64,000 nucleotides of DNA from a virus (taxonomy: Duplodnaviria; Heunggongvirae; Uroviricota; Caudoviricetes): the IMG/VR virus record IMGVR_UViG_2834277561_000001, positions 58,688 through 122,687 of that record; one strand, 5' to 3'. Of the stretch, positions 45,211-54,688 are shown piece after piece. A program made the translations under genes and the position numbers. Under the pieces are notes generated by a model. That model was not told the origin of the DNA. It made no database searches and worked only from the letters and a program-made list of their open reading frames with translations. Positions within the stretch are counted from its first letter, which is position 1; each line of letters begins with the position of its first letter.

Positions 45211-45483
45211 TTGCTACATAGATTAATTTCTTTTATAATAGGGAAGAATAGAACGGAGGCGGTAAAGATTTCTACAATACAACAAAAAATAGATATGGCA
45301 TGTGCCTATGCCGGAATAAGTAAAGCAGAACTCGCTAGGAAGTTGGGATATAAAACTCCACAAGCATTTCAGAAAAGATATAATACAGGTAAATTTACTC
45401 AGGAAGAGTTATCAGAAATAGCTCATATAACAGGAGGAACTTATATATCAATTTTTCAATATCCAGATGGCACACAAATTTAA
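45211..45483 (+). CDS. XRE-family HTH regulator
   Basis: ISKAELARKLGYKTPQAFQKR...FTQEELSEIA. Confidence 0.8.
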   Translation: MLHRLISFIIGKNRTEAVKISTIQQKIDMACAYAGISKAELARKLGYKTPQAFQKRYNTGKFTQEELSEIAHITGGTYISIFQYPDGTQI

Positions 45484-45563
45484 GCATTCTTTTGAATGCT
45501 TTTTTTATTAGAAAAATATAAACCAAATAGATTATAATATATACAAAAAGGTTTATTTTATGG

Positions 45564-45592
45564 TTGACATTATAAACCAAAAGGTTTATAAT
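45564..45592 (+). promoter_or_regulatory. Consensus SigA promoter with an operator palindrome in the spacer
   Basis: TTGACA(45564)-17 nt-TATAAT(45587); TATAAACC-aaaa-GGTTTATA at 45571-45590. Confidence 0.85.
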
Positions 45593-45624
45593 ATAATTAA
45601 GTTAAGAGAAAGGAGATATAACAA

Positions 45625-46023
45625 ATGACGAGCAAACATTATAAATACTTTCAACCAAATGACAAGGACAAGAAAGACGAGCATAGTGATTGTGTTATTC
45701 GTGCTTTGTGTAAAGTAATGAATAAGACCTGGTTGGAACTCTTTGACGAATTACTTCCGATTGCAAGGGACATCCAATGTAATCCTAACAGTAAGCCTTG
45801 TTATAAGAAATATTTAGAGGAACATGGTTTTGAATATGTAGGAATTAGTAATAAAAAAGGATCTAAACGTCCTACGGCAGAAAGCTTTACAAAAGAACAT
45901 AAAGAAGGTACATATTTTTTAAGTGTGGCAAATCATGTTATTGCATCCGTTCACGGATATTTCTACGATACGTGGGATTCTGGTAATTGCTGCTTATATG
46001 GATATTGGAAGAAAAATCAATAA
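45625..46023 (+). CDS. Hypothetical protein
   Basis: 132-aa ORF downstream of the consensus promoter, with AAGGAG SD. Confidence 0.7.
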   Translation: MTSKHYKYFQPNDKDKKDEHSDCVIRALCKVMNKTWLELFDELLPIARDIQCNPNSKPCYKKYLEEHGFEYVGISNKKGSKRPTAESFTKEHKEGTYFLSVANHVIASVHGYFYDTWDSGNCCLYGYWKKNQ

Positions 46024-46339
46024 ATATATTGACTTTATCTGTATGCCGAAGATTAGAGATATTGGATGATAATTATACAGATTTTTTCAGAAACAGAGAA
46101 TCTAGTAATAAGGAAGTAGCTTAATAGATATTTCCGCGCTGTATACGCGTGGATCAAGTTCTATACTTCTCTTGTCAAAAGAAGTAGTGAATGGAGGATG
46201 GACATGAGAACAATTAACAGTAAACGACATATGATACAAGCAAATTATCCTACATATAAAGGTGCTGCGAGTAAATTATTCTTATGTAATCCTAAATCAT
46301 GGGATTCTATGATATCTATATTAAACAGGAGGAAGACAG

Positions 46340-47377
46340 ATGGCAAGAATTGATGAGTTAAGAAAACAGTTAGTTGGTAATGTAGTTTGTTCTGATGTTA
46401 TTGATCAGACGTTGGAAAAATATGACTTCTATCCCGTTGAAGTAGAAGATGAAGAAGAACATGATGTTTTTAAGTATACAAATAAAAAATCGCAGATCTG
46501 GGTGTATTACAGTCACGATGGAGAAGATTACCTTGTTGAAAAGGTGATCAACAGCAATAAGAAACGAGGCAAAACAGAAGTTGATCCTTTTTTCAATCCT
46601 GAAGATATCAAAAAGATGATGGATTATTTTTCAGAGCGTGAAATGTGGACAGAATACACAATTTTCATGTTGGAGTTATTACTTGCAAGACGTATCGGAG
46701 ATACTGTTTCGTTGAAATGGTCTGATTTCTATGATGAGAATGGAGCCAGAAAAGATAGACTAAATACTTTATTGGAACAGAAAACTGACAAGATTGTTGA
46801 TATTTCAATTTCCAATATTGTATGGAAGTATCTTGACCTTTACTGCGAAAAAATGAATATTGAGCCAATGGAACATTATCATGAGGATATTTTTCCAAGA
46901 GTAGCCAAGACTTATGCTCCAAGTAAAGAAGAGTATGAAAAAGCGGTTGCAAGCCAGGCTGATGCTTTTCGTAATGCATTTAAAAAGGCAGCCGATTATT
47001 GTGGAATTAAAAATGTAAGCACTCATTCACTCCGTAAGAGTTTTGGTTATATTGCGCATACATTGCAGCAATTCGATCCGGATAATCTGGTCGTGTTACA
47101 GTCAATTTTCGGACATGAGAATGTAGAAACCACCAAAAGATATATTGGTGTGATTCGTGAAAAGGCACGAAAAACATTTGATATAGTTTCTCAGTTTATT
47201 GAAGACGCTGTAAATGGTGTTAAGACTGTCATCAAAAATGTTCCTGTCATTGCATTGCGGTCAAATGATCTTCGCGATTTATTGCTGGAAGCCGTGCGTA
47301 TGGGGCAGGAAGGTAGAACCAGTATGGAAGACATGAGTAAATTGCTTGATAAAGCGGAAGAAATGAGGGTTTCATGA
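46340..47377 (+). CDS. Tyrosine recombinase-family protein
   Basis: LARRIGD, EQKT, HSLRKSFGY, FGHEN and KRYIG; catalytic residues appear intact. Confidence 0.88.
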   Translation: MARIDELRKQLVGNVVCSDVIDQTLEKYDFYPVEVEDEEEHDVFKYTNKKSQIWVYYSHDGEDYLVEKVINSNKKRGKTEVDPFFNPEDIKKMMDYFSEREMWTEYTIFMLELLLARRIGDTVSLKWSDFYDENGARKDRLNTLLEQKTDKIVDISISNIVWKYLDLYCEKMNIEPMEHYHEDIFPRVAKTYAPSKEEYEKAVASQADAFRNAFKKAADYCGIKNVSTHSLRKSFGYIAHTLQQFDPDNLVVLQSIFGHENVETTKRYIGVIREKARKTFDIVSQFIEDAVNGVKTVIKNVPVIALRSNDLRDLLLEAVRMGQEGRTSMEDMSKLLDKAEEMRVS

Positions 47378-47534
47378 TGATATATTATAGTGAAGAAAGA
47401 GAAAAAGAGAATCTAAATAATGAAAAATCGTGCGATATTTGTGAATGGGGCGAGGAAAGACATATTTGTAAGAAATTTGCAGTATGCTTGACGGAACGAA
47501 AGAAAGGATTAAAGAAGAATACGTAAAGGCGGTA

Positions 47535-48062
47535 TTACTTACCGCCTTTAGATGGATCAGGTTTTTCTTTTATGACATTTCGCCAGGATTGTTCATGCAT
47601 TTCTTCTTTTAAATTAGGGCGAACTGACATAAAACTTATTCCCATTTTTCTATCAATTTCCTGATTTACAATTTCGCAAATAATTTTATGAAGTTGACTT
47701 TGATCTTGTTCTTTTTTGGATTCTGTAGGAATAGAAACACTATTGTTAGTAGGTGAATCTTCTGTTTTAATTGTATAATTTTTTTGTTTTGCATTTTGTG
47801 CATGATATACCCGAATAATATTTTTCTGTTTTTTTAATGTATTATTTTCACTTTCAATTTTGATTTTATCAGAAATAAGAATATCATTAGGGGTACAATC
47901 AAAAATGGTGCATATTGCATCAAGGGTGTCAAGCCCAATGCGCGAAACAGTTCCATTATAAATATTTTCGGCAGGCTGATATCCTATGCCAATAGCTTTT
48001 GCAAATTGATTAATATTATCAAACTTAGCATCAACCAATTCTTTGACTTTAATTTTAAGCAT
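47535..48062 (-). CDS. XRE/Cro-C1 HTH repressor with C-terminal extension
   Basis: INQFAKAIGIGYQPAENIYNG...LDAICTIFDCTPNDIL; lone - strand gene, divergent from the mazF-like gene. Confidence 0.8.
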   Translation of the reverse strand: MLKIKVKELVDAKFDNINQFAKAIGIGYQPAENIYNGTVSRIGLDTLDAICTIFDCTPNDILISDKIKIESENNTLKKQKNIIRVYHAQNAKQKNYTIKTEDSPTNNSVSIPTESKKEQDQSQLHKIICEIVNQEIDRKMGISFMSVRPNLKEEMHEQSWRNVIKEKPDPSKGGK

Positions 48063-48131
48063 ATAATTACCTCCTACTGTTATACTATACTATAATTTTT
48101 ATAAAAAAGCAATTATACCTTAATACAACAC

Positions 48132-48160
48132 TTGACAATAACAGTAGACTGTAATATAAT
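48132..48160 (+). promoter_or_regulatory. Consensus SigA promoter with palindromic operator ACAGT-ag-ACTGT
   Basis: TTGACA(48132)-17 nt-TATAAT(48155). Confidence 0.85.
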
Positions 48161-48208
48161 ATGAAATATCAAAGGTAATACATAGAAAAATGAAAGGAGG
48201 AAGTACAT

Positions 48209-48595
48209 ATGGATCTTCACAGATATGATATAGTCGAGGCTGAAATTAAAATGACAACACCGTCTGGATCAGTACAGAAGAAAAGACGTCCATATGTAAT
48301 CGTAGGCAATGAGCAAGGAACCAAGACGGCTCCTACGGTTATTGCAATGCCTTTGACTCATATTATAAAAAGAACGAACCTTCCGGTTCACGGATGTATT
48401 AAGGCGGATGGTGATACTGGACTGGCTTATTATTCAATGGTGCTTGGTGAACAGCCTTATACGCTGGACAAACAATATGAAGTCAAAAGAAAGCTTGGTT
48501 CAGTAGTCGATATGAAACAGAAAAATCTAATTAATAAAATCTGTTGGAATACTATGTTTTATGGAGAAAATATAAACTGGGAGGCAATATTATGA
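48209..48595 (+). CDS. PemK/MazF-family endoribonuclease-like protein
   Basis: RYDIVEA..GSVQKKRRPYVIVGNEQG...PTVIAMPLT..S.VLGEQPYTLDK. Confidence 0.82.
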   Translation: MDLHRYDIVEAEIKMTTPSGSVQKKRRPYVIVGNEQGTKTAPTVIAMPLTHIIKRTNLPVHGCIKADGDTGLAYYSMVLGEQPYTLDKQYEVKRKLGSVVDMKQKNLINKICWNTMFYGENINWEAIL

Positions 48596-48907
48596 TAGGT
48601 TATATTACGGTACCGAAATCAGTGGCAAAAGAAATGATAGATAATTATCCAGGAGATAGAGTTCCTGTCCTTTCTTATAATATAGAAACTCATATTCATA
48701 AGCCGACTGAAAGAAAAAGCAAACGGAGAACAAAAGAAATCATAGATATTGCGAAAGAAGTAGGATTTCAAAAGAATGATATTTTTGATGTTCTTGGATG
48801 TATGACATGGGAAAATGAAATGAGAAGTATTTTGTTACCTAAATTGCTAGAATAATGCCACTTATCCCGTTTTATCGGATTCTGAGAAGAGTATTATTTA
48901 AGAAAAA

Positions 48908-48958
48908 CAAACAAATGTTCGGTTTTTCGTTGACAAATACGAACACCTGGAATATACT
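48908..48958 (+). promoter_or_regulatory. LexA/DinR box and SigA promoter
   Basis: CAAAC-AAAT-GTTCG at 48908 (Firmicute consensus CGAAC-N4-GTTCG); TTGACA(48930)-17 nt-TATACT(48953), with a CGAAC half-site in the spacer. Confidence 0.7.
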
Positions 48959-49313
48959 TACAATATAAAAAAGAGAAGCTCCTACTCCGGTGCGGGAACA
49001 CCATAATGGAGTAGGAAACCTCTCAACACACATAACATAATCTCCCACGGGAATGGGAAGAAAATGCTACATATTTATATTACATAGATTTTCTTAAAAA
49101 ATCAAGTTTTTCGTAGCATTTCTGCTAAATTTTTCCAATAATAAATAATTTATATATGTGTTTAAGTTATTCGAGTTCAAGAATAACTTATTAAATTGCA
49201 CTAATTTTTGGAAGCATAGCTAAATTGGTGTGGGCAGATGTCTCATAAACATAAGGTTGTGAGCTCGAGTCTCTCTGCTTCCATTAACTAAATATAGAAA
49301 GGAATGATTTAAT

Positions 49314-49979
49314 GTGTACATAGTAACCGATGGCAAAAATTATGTCATGAAAGACCCTATTAATGCTGAACGATGGCTCGTTTCTACAAACATTAATCAT
49401 GCATATGTAGGATCGTTGAAACAGGCTAAACGTATTTTGAGAATGAAAAGATTCTCTCCATCGAAAGGTTTTCATATGGTTGATCATGATACTGGGAACA
49501 CTGTTCCAAAAGAAGTTGAGAATTATAGAGGCTCTGCTGGAGCATTTTTAGGTGAAAATGAGATTTCCCTTGATGACAAGATTTTGGATGAGATTTTCAG
49601 AGAAGCACGAGGAATTCTTGGACTTGCCGGATGGGATATGACTCAGTTGAATACGTATATGAATCAATTGAGTGCCAATTTAGCAAAATACGACTCTGCG
49701 ATTTCTGATATTGAGCATGTTTTACAGGAATATGAGTCAAAGCACGATGGAAGAAAACCTCCGGCAAATAAGGCAGCAAAATTAAGTTATTTACTTTTGG
49801 ATGTAAGAGGTAAGAGAGGGAGAATTAAACAGTGCCAGTGTTACATACGCGTTATGCAGGATGCGATAACAAACCATTATCCATTGGATAAACTTAAACT
49901 GGAATTGAGTAAAGTTACATACGTTGACTACAAGGGTAGAACTGAGTACTACAATTTGGCATTAAATATTTTGAATTAA
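49314..49979 (+). CDS. Hypothetical protein (coiled-coil-like C-terminal half)
   Basis: 221-aa ORF with AAAGGA SD. Confidence 0.7.
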   Translation: MYIVTDGKNYVMKDPINAERWLVSTNINHAYVGSLKQAKRILRMKRFSPSKGFHMVDHDTGNTVPKEVENYRGSAGAFLGENEISLDDKILDEIFREARGILGLAGWDMTQLNTYMNQLSANLAKYDSAISDIEHVLQEYESKHDGRKPPANKAAKLSYLLLDVRGKRGRIKQCQCYIRVMQDAITNHYPLDKLKLELSKVTYVDYKGRTEYYNLALNILN

Positions 49980-49982
49980 AAG

Positions 49983-52139
49983 GTGATTACGATGGATTGC
50001 AAAGAAAAACAAGAGAAAATTGAATATTATGCAGGAAACAATATGAGACATCTTAAAAAGCTTTGCGATCCAATCATCGCAAAGAAGTTTTTACCGGAAA
50101 TGTATAGAGATGATCTTTATAGTGACGCGCAAAAAGTATTGATGGAGAGTGTTGAATCATATAGAGATGATTCTGGTGTTGCTTTTAAAGATTATCTCAA
50201 AGGAAATATAAAAAATTCTTTTTGGGAATGGTCGCGTAATTCAATGGCACAAAAACGATGTAATGTCTTGCGTGATAAAAATGGAAAACCTGTAAAAGTA
50301 AAGGACGAAAATGGAAAGTTAAAAAAGATTATTATTCCAGATGTTAGATTAGATGCACCTGTAAATGAAGAAGATTCTCATAGCACAATAGGGGAATTAA
50401 CACCTTCCGGATTTGATATCAATAATGTAATTTCAGAACTTATAAAAGATGAAAATGTAGAATTATTTCTTGAATCATTATCTGATATTCAGAGAAGACT
50501 TCTTGAACTGAGAATGTCTGGAATGAATACTGAGTCAGTTAAAAGAGAATTGCATATTACAGAACATCAATATCAGGATAATATGACTGCGATTAGAGAA
50601 AATGAAATGATTTCTTTATTCAATAAAAAAAGAAAACGTATAGAAAATAAAATGGAGTACAAGGATATGGAAGAGAAAATAGTTTTTATGGATGATGATT
50701 GCATAATGGATTTGGATACAACTGATTCATATAGAATGGACAAGTATTCTCTTGAATCTCTGATTGCGGATAAACAGGAGGGAGAGTTGGATTGTGCGTA
50801 TGTTTCGCAACGAGTTCCATTTGCATGGACGGAAGAGCAGATCAATAAATACTTTACAAGAGTTCTCAATAATCAGCCTATTACAGAGATGGTTATATGT
50901 GAAATGGTGATTCCTGGTGCTGGTGGAGGAAAAATTTCATATCTCATTGATGGATTGCAGCGATTATCATATGCCGAGGCTTTTAAAGAAAACAGAATTC
51001 CAATTAAAGCAAAAGGGGCTGAATTTACAAAAGTTTATTATAAGAAATTTGAGTACGATGAAAATGGTAACAAAGTTCTCGATGAATACAGAAGAGCAAA
51101 ATATTCAATAGAAGTATTTAATCTGATTGGTAAATATTATAAAGATCTTCCGGAATTTTTGCAAAAGCGTTTCGATAAATTCAATGTAAATGTGACTAGA
51201 TATTTTGATTGTACTCCTGAGATGATTGATTATCATTTGCGTAACTATAACAACCATGTTGCTATGAGTAAAAATCAGTATGGCATCACGTGCATTTCAA
51301 ATGATGCCGCAACAAAAATTAAGAAATTGTCTCAGAAACATGCGTTTTTTAAAGACAATATCAAATGCACGAATAAGAGTCGAAAAACAGGAGTGCTTGA
51401 AGAAGTAGTCGTAAGATCAATGATGTGTCTATATTTTATGGATGATTGGAAAAAAGATGCCACAGACGCATATAAATTCATTGATGAAAACGCAACAGAC
51501 GAGCAGTTTTCTTATTTACATAAGTTACTTGATGATATGCACGAGGTTTGTGGAGAAGAAGAAAAAGCACTTCTTACAACAACTAATACATATACATGGG
51601 TAAAAGTTTTTGATAATTTTTCAAAGCTTGGAATTGAGAATGGCAGATTTATAGAATTTATGAAAGCATTTGGAACGACATTACATAGTAAAGAAATTAA
51701 CGGTCGTTCATATGATGAGGTAAGTACTAGAAATACAAAAGATAAGATAACTGTCAATAATAAAGTAGAAGTAATTACAGATCTTATGCGTGAATATTTT
51801 GGAGAATCTATCATTGTAGACGAATCTATTACTGAAGAAGAACTTTCTGATTTTGAGTTTGTAAAAGAAAATGTTTCTGATGATGTAAATGAGGAAGATT
51901 TTGAGTTCTACAAAGACATGGTAGATGATTCTGTTAAATGTGATACTCCATTATACGAGAAATGTACTCCGGCATTAATCGCATTAATGGCAATTGCGTG
52001 TCAAGAAGAAAAGGATACTGAATTTGAATCCTGGGCTGGTAAATATGCAAAGGACAATATCACATTCAGTCCGAGTCAGAAAGTCAACTTCATGTATATG
52101 AAGAATGATTTCGAAAAATACTGTCAGTCGGCAGTGTGA
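49983..52139 (+). CDS. Sigma70-like (regions 2-4) domain fused to a DUF262 domain
   Basis: DDLYSDAQKVLMESVESYRDDSGVAFKDY, RLDAPV and LSDIQRRLLELR..; then SQRVPFAWT, LIDGLQRLS and RNYNN. Confidence 0.75.
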   Translation: MITMDCKEKQEKIEYYAGNNMRHLKKLCDPIIAKKFLPEMYRDDLYSDAQKVLMESVESYRDDSGVAFKDYLKGNIKNSFWEWSRNSMAQKRCNVLRDKNGKPVKVKDENGKLKKIIIPDVRLDAPVNEEDSHSTIGELTPSGFDINNVISELIKDENVELFLESLSDIQRRLLELRMSGMNTESVKRELHITEHQYQDNMTAIRENEMISLFNKKRKRIENKMEYKDMEEKIVFMDDDCIMDLDTTDSYRMDKYSLESLIADKQEGELDCAYVSQRVPFAWTEEQINKYFTRVLNNQPITEMVICEMVIPGAGGGKISYLIDGLQRLSYAEAFKENRIPIKAKGAEFTKVYYKKFEYDENGNKVLDEYRRAKYSIEVFNLIGKYYKDLPEFLQKRFDKFNVNVTRYFDCTPEMIDYHLRNYNNHVAMSKNQYGITCISNDAATKIKKLSQKHAFFKDNIKCTNKSRKTGVLEEVVVRSMMCLYFMDDWKKDATDAYKFIDENATDEQFSYLHKLLDDMHEVCGEEEKALLTTTNTYTWVKVFDNFSKLGIENGRFIEFMKAFGTTLHSKEINGRSYDEVSTRNTKDKITVNNKVEVITDLMREYFGESIIVDESITEEELSDFEFVKENVSDDVNEEDFEFYKDMVDDSVKCDTPLYEKCTPALIALMAIACQEEKDTEFESWAGKYAKDNITFSPSQKVNFMYMKNDFEKYCQSAV

Positions 52140-52269
52140 AAATTATTAGGGATTTCCCGATTACATAAATAAAAAATATATATTTTTGGAGGAATAACAA
52201 ATGGATATTTGAAAAAGAACCAGTAAAAGCAGAACAGGCATATCTGGAAGCCATGAAGGAGAACGTATC

Positions 52270-52614
52270 ATGATCACAGATGATGAAGTAGGTAAATACA
52301 AAAAGAAAGCTGACTCGAATATATCAAAATCAAAGGCAAAATCGAAACATAAACATATATACAAGTCTTGTTTGATTACTGGAAGTTTCGGTAACACAAA
52401 TTTGCAACATGTATCTATTGCGTCATATTGTACTATTTGTGGAAAAATTGGCGGGAATATTGATCCGACGCGAGACGTTGTAGAACATGTTTCAGGCAAG
52501 CATCTTAGAATGCTTAGTAAAGAAGAAATTCTTGAGCAGAATAAAGATCTTGAAATATTTGATATTGGTAATATGTTTGCTAAATATGTACCGTTAAATA
52601 AGGAGGAAAAATAA
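52270..52614 (+). CDS. Hypothetical protein
   Basis: HKHIY..C..CTICGK; SD present. Confidence 0.6.
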   Translation: MITDDEVGKYKKKADSNISKSKAKSKHKHIYKSCLITGSFGNTNLQHVSIASYCTICGKIGGNIDPTRDVVEHVSGKHLRMLSKEEILEQNKDLEIFDIGNMFAKYVPLNKEEK

Positions 52615-52759
52615 TATGGGAATCACATGTAAGCAGTTTGGAAAAGTAAGAGGAATGATGCAACGAGTTGAGAATGAGAAGACAAAGAAACACAATGAAG
52701 CTGTGAAGAAAAAGTCAAAAGACAAGAAATGATGAAACCGTAGTTTCATTGGGATTTTA

Positions 52760-52829
52760 ATACTACATATTGTGGGGGTTACTCATATATATATACAATA
52801 TATAGTGTTTACAAATCTATATATTGTGG
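52760..52829. promoter_or_regulatory. Three NrdR-box-like 16-bp palindromes
   Basis: ATACTACATATTGTGG (52760), ATACAATATATAGTGT (52793) and AATCTATATATTGTGG (52814), versus consensus aCaCwAtATaTwGtgt. Confidence 0.55.
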
Positions 52830-53062
52830 CAATGGAACAGCTAGGAACTTGTTTGGCGACAACCTAGCTGCTCCGATTAAAATATAGGATAAACTATATT
52901 TGTTCTTAGTATAACAAATCTATTTGGCTTATTCAAGTCGAGTTTATCCCATTCATGTATTCCAAAAGAGGAATCAATTGGATAGTGGGTGTGGGTTTCA
53001 TCCGTTGAACTTAAAGCTTCAAAAATACTATATAAAATTTCATGGTTGAATACATATTTGAG

Positions 53063-53323
53063 GTTTAGGAAATATGTGATTTTACATGGTAGTAAACCTC
53101 AACAGATACATTACTGTCTTTATTTAACGTTTGAGAGCTATGTTGTTTTACATGGTAGTAAACCTCCATAGATGATTTTAATTCAGATGAACTGGCTGAT
53201 TATACTTCTGCATTGGAATACGTTTGAGAACTATGTTGTTTTACATGGTAGTAAACCTAGAGAAAATTCTAAATCAACAAATAGGCTGTTTGAGAACTAT
53301 GTTGTTTTATATGGAAGCAAACT
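53063..53323 (+). CRISPR. CRISPR mini-array: four 36-bp repeats, spacers of 30, 57 and 30 nt
   Basis: Repeats at 53063, 53129, 53222 and 53288; consensus GTTTGAGAACTATGTTGTTTTACATGGTAGTAAACC resembles type II-A repeats; no cas1/cas2/cas9 in the window. Confidence 0.9.
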
Positions 53324-53425
53324 TTAAATGTATGTGTTTTTGTAATGCCTCTGTTTAAGACTTACGTGATTATGTATAGCATTGAACCAAAATCATTTAT
53401 AAAAAATGAATGGAAGGACTTTTTT

Positions 53426-54688
53426 GTGAAAGTACAAAGAGCTGAGAAACATAGAATAAAGAAAAATAATAAATTTTATTTGTTAATAGATGATTTTTGT
53501 TGGAAATCTAAAAATATGTATAATTATGGAAATTACATTATTCGACAGGAATTTATTTCAACATCTAAATTGAAAGAAGAAGGATTTGCCGAACATGCAA
53601 ATTGGATTCAATACAATGCATTATATCAAATATGCAAAAGTTCAGACTCATATGTTGCACTTGGAAGCATAGCGGCACAGGCAACATTACGAAAATTAGA
53701 AAAAAATTGGAAATCATTTTTTGAATCAATAAAAGATTACCAGATTCATCCTGAAAAATATCAAGGAAGACCTAAAATTCCAAAGTATTTAGATAAAGAA
53801 AAAGGAAGATATGAATTAGGTATTAATAATCAACGGTGCAAAATCAAAGATGGATATGTATATTTTGGTTGGAAGCCATTGCGTTGTTTGAATGGAATTT
53901 TTAAATCTAAAATTCCAGATGATGCGAAATTAATTCAATGCAGATTTGTCCCAAAAAAGGATGAATATGTTCTGGAAGTTGTATACGAAATAAGTCTTCT
54001 AAATATTAATAAGAAGAAGTCACAAAATATTGCAGCTATTGATTTAGGTGTTGATAATTTAATCACTCTTACAACCAATTGTGGTACACAACCAATAGTG
54101 ATTAATGGAAAACCACTTAAAGCAATTAATCAATATTACAATAAGGTGATTTCAGATATGAGATCGGATTTAAAATTACGAAATGATATGAATTGGTCAC
54201 ATAAAATGCAAAAAATTACCACAAAAAGGAACTATAAAGTGGAAGATTACATACATAAAGCAACTAAAATAGTAATTGATTTTCTTAAAGATAATGATAT
54301 CGATACATTGGTATGTGGATACAATACAGGATGGAAACAAGAAACGAATATCGGAAAAATAAATAATCAAAATTTTGTATATATTCCTCATTCGTCGATC
54401 ATAGAGAAACTATCTTACAAATGTGAGAACGAAGGTATTTTATTTAAAACAACAGAAGAAGGATATACAAGTGGCACTTCTTTTCTTGATGAAGAAGATC
54501 CTTGTGAGGAAAATTATGATAAAAGCAGACGTAAATATCGAGGATTATTCATTTCAAACAATGGCATACCTATCAATGCTGACGTGAATGGAAGTTATCA
54601 GATTATGAAAAAGGTATTTCCAAATGCGTTTAAAAATGGAGTAGAAAATGCAATTTTACATCCTATAGTAGTTAATATTCCAGCATAA
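53426..54688 (+). CDS. tnpB: TnpB/Cas12-like RuvC nuclease adjacent to the CRISPR array (likely GTG start at 53426; track start 53345)
   Basis: AAIDLGVDN (RuvC-I), VCGYN..WKQ with displaced Glu in TEEGYTS, NADVNGS (RuvC-III); no zinc finger; GGAAGGA SD before GTG. Confidence 0.88.
   Translation: MKVQRAEKHRIKKNNKFYLLIDDFCWKSKNMYNYGNYIIRQEFISTSKLKEEGFAEHANWIQYNALYQICKSSDSYVALGSIAAQATLRKLEKNWKSFFESIKDYQIHPEKYQGRPKIPKYLDKEKGRYELGINNQRCKIKDGYVYFGWKPLRCLNGIFKSKIPDDAKLIQCRFVPKKDEYVLEVVYEISLLNINKKKSQNIAAIDLGVDNLITLTTNCGTQPIVINGKPLKAINQYYNKVISDMRSDLKLRNDMNWSHKMQKITTKRNYKVEDYIHKATKIVIDFLKDNDIDTLVCGYNTGWKQETNIGKINNQNFVYIPHSSIIEKLSYKCENEGILFKTTEEGYTSGTSFLDEEDPCEENYDKSRRKYRGLFISNNGIPINADVNGSYQIMKKVFPNAFKNGVENAILHPIVVNIPA

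Noticed and set aside
53019-53054. Possible fifth degenerate CRISPR repeat (ACTAT-N9-CATGGT)
   Set aside because: Poor overall identity and only 8 nt from the first repeat, so no spacer fits
53099-53287. Self-targeting of spacers within the window
   Set aside because: No match noticed on either strand by eye; a computational search is still needed
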